From contig CM075995.1 in the NCBI GenBank assembly GCA_038087875.1, forward strand, positions 434,001 through 498,000: 64,000 nt of DNA. The letters run 5' to 3'. A model generated the notes under the pieces. It had not been told where the DNA came from. It did not search any database and worked only from the letters and a program-made list of their open reading frames with translations. Shown piece after piece: positions 62,211-64,000 of the stretch; within the stretch, counting starts at the first letter, position 1, and each line of letters begins with the position of its first letter. Position numbers and translations under genes: made by a program. The stretch comes from Malacoraja senta. Taxonomy: Eukaryota.

Positions 62211-62981
62211 CAGTGATAGGTTTTCAGAAGGTAGACACAAAATGCTGGAGTAACTCAGCAGGTGAGGCAGCATCTATGGAGGGAAGGAATGGGTGATGTT
62301 TTGGGTCGAGGCCCTCCTTCAGATTCAGGTTAAGTATTAAACTGTGTGAGCAGAGTTGTACCACGGGGCTGACATGGTGGTGTGGCTGTAGAGTTTCTGC
62401 CTTACAGCGCCAGTGACCCGGGCTTGACCCTGACTACGGTTGCTGACTGTATGGAGTTTGTATGTTCTCCCCATGACCGCTTGGGTTTTCTCCGGGAGCT
62501 CCGGTGTCCTAACAAATTCCAAAGATGTGCAGGCATTGCTCCTCTCCAGACATGCTGCCTGTCCCGCTGAGTTACTCCAGCATTGTGTGTCAGCCTTCGA
62601 TTTAAACCAGTTCTTTCCTACGGGTTTGTAGGTTAATTGGCTTGGTATAAGTGTTAAATTGTCCCCAGTTTGTGTAGGGTGGTGTTAGTGTGTGGAGATC
62701 GCTGGTCTGTGTGGATTCGGTGGGCCGAAGGGCCTGTTTCCACGCTGTATCTTTAAACTTATTTGAACAACCAGAGGGAGAGAAAAAAAAGTGTGATTTA
62801 CAGAAAACCCTCATTATTAATAGTACATCCCCAAATGATTCTTAATGATGGTGTAGCTCAGCGGGTCGAGACCCGAAAGTTCGCCCATTCCTTTTCTCCA
62901 GAGATGCTGCCTCGCCCGCTGAGTTACTCCAGCATTTTGTGTCTACCTTCGATTTAAACCAGCATCTGCAGTTCTTTCTTA

Positions 62982-63312
62982 AAGCCTTGTCCCACAGTAT
63001 GAGTTCATTCCAAGAGCTCTCCCGAGTTTGCCCTGATTCGAACTCGGAGATTTACGGTAATGGCCGCTCGTCGGTACTCGGGGCTCTCGTGGACATTTTT
63101 CAACATGTTGAAAAATTTTCATGAGTCTTCCCGAGCTTACCTGCCATTAGCGAGTCTTCCCGAGTACCTGCCGTTAGCGTTACGAGCCGCTAAGAGACGT
63201 CCCCGAGCTCCGACGTACCCGCTACGTTCATTCTCCGTGCTTACTACGAGTTTGATTTTTTTTAAACTCGGGAGAGCTCTTGGAATGAACTCGTACCGTG
63301 GGACATGGGCCA
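62982..63312. mobile_element. PIF/Harbinger-like MITE, family B
   Basis: TIRs ..TGTCCCACAGTATGAGTTCATTCCAAGAG and inverse; TTA TSD; sits in the tail of a Penelope-derived element. Confidence 0.82.
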
Positions 63313-64000
63313 TTACCCAAATGATTCTTAATACTTCACAAAGCTGCCCCATCTCTTCTCAAGAAAAACACACTTCCTCAGGCTATGTCAAAGTGTTAAG
63401 AAGCTAATGAATTACTGTTTTGTCAGCACTTGTGTTGATAACAGCCAAGCTGCCTTGCAGATTTTTCAGTCCATGTAAATCATGAAAGGGAAATTCTTAC
63501 CAGATCAGTCATTGCCCTGGTAAATAAATGCCTTATTCAGGAAATGAATCATAGAATATATAATACAGAAAAATACAGAGTATGAACAGGCCCTTCAGCC
63601 CACAATGTTTGTGCTGAACTTGCTGCCAAGCTGAACTGATCTCATCTGTCTGTACATGATCTAAATCCCTCTGTTGCCTGCTCTTCCATGTGCCTATCTA
63701 AAAGCCTCTTAAATGCCACCATCCTATCTGCCTCCACCACCACCCCTGGCAATGCATTCCAGGCCCCCACCACCCTCTGTGTAAAAAAACCCATTTTGGA
63801 TTGAACTTTTCCCTCTCACCTTCTAGCTACGCCCTATAGTGTTGGACATTTCCACCCTGGGAAAAAGATTCGGACTGTCTAACGCATCTATGCCGCTCAT
63901 AATTTTATATACTATCGAATCTCCTCTCAACGTTCCAAAGAAAAAAAACAGCTGACGTTCCAGAGAAGAAAATTGCTGTTGATGAGGAGTGCAGCGTAGA

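Overview
Vertebrate genomic DNA, most likely a skate or ray (batoid elasmobranch), inferred from the dense HE1-type V-SINEs and CR1/HER1-type LINEs. The window appears to lie inside a kinesin-3 gene on the minus strand, best matching KIF13A. Two small coding exons that the ORF track misses are visible: a 13-nt microexon (13287-13299) and a 61-nt exon (10757-10817). Spliced, they read (R)KVPK-VFAFDYCFWSMDENNKAKYA(G). The rest is intron (part of intron 4, intron 3, and >50 kb of intron 2), packed with CR1, Rex1-like, L1 and Penelope fragments, SINEs, and Harbinger and hAT MITEs. Most notable: (1) a five-layer nest, CR1 > Helitron > Helitron > 5-bp-TSD hAT-like element > Penelope-derived bits, at 19.1-25.5 kb; (2) a very abundant family of short, often palindromic, Penelope-derived elements carrying a minimal hammerhead-ribozyme motif and 12-17 bp TSDs; (3) Harbinger-like MITEs whose flanking trinucleotides are inverted rather than duplicated; (4) a teleost-like (AFC-type) CORE-SINE; (5) a candidate poison exon and two perfect long-range inverted matches in intronic unique DNA. 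Almost all entries in the ORF track are repeat-derived. Family names are from recognition, not database searches, and repeat boundaries without TSDs are approximate.
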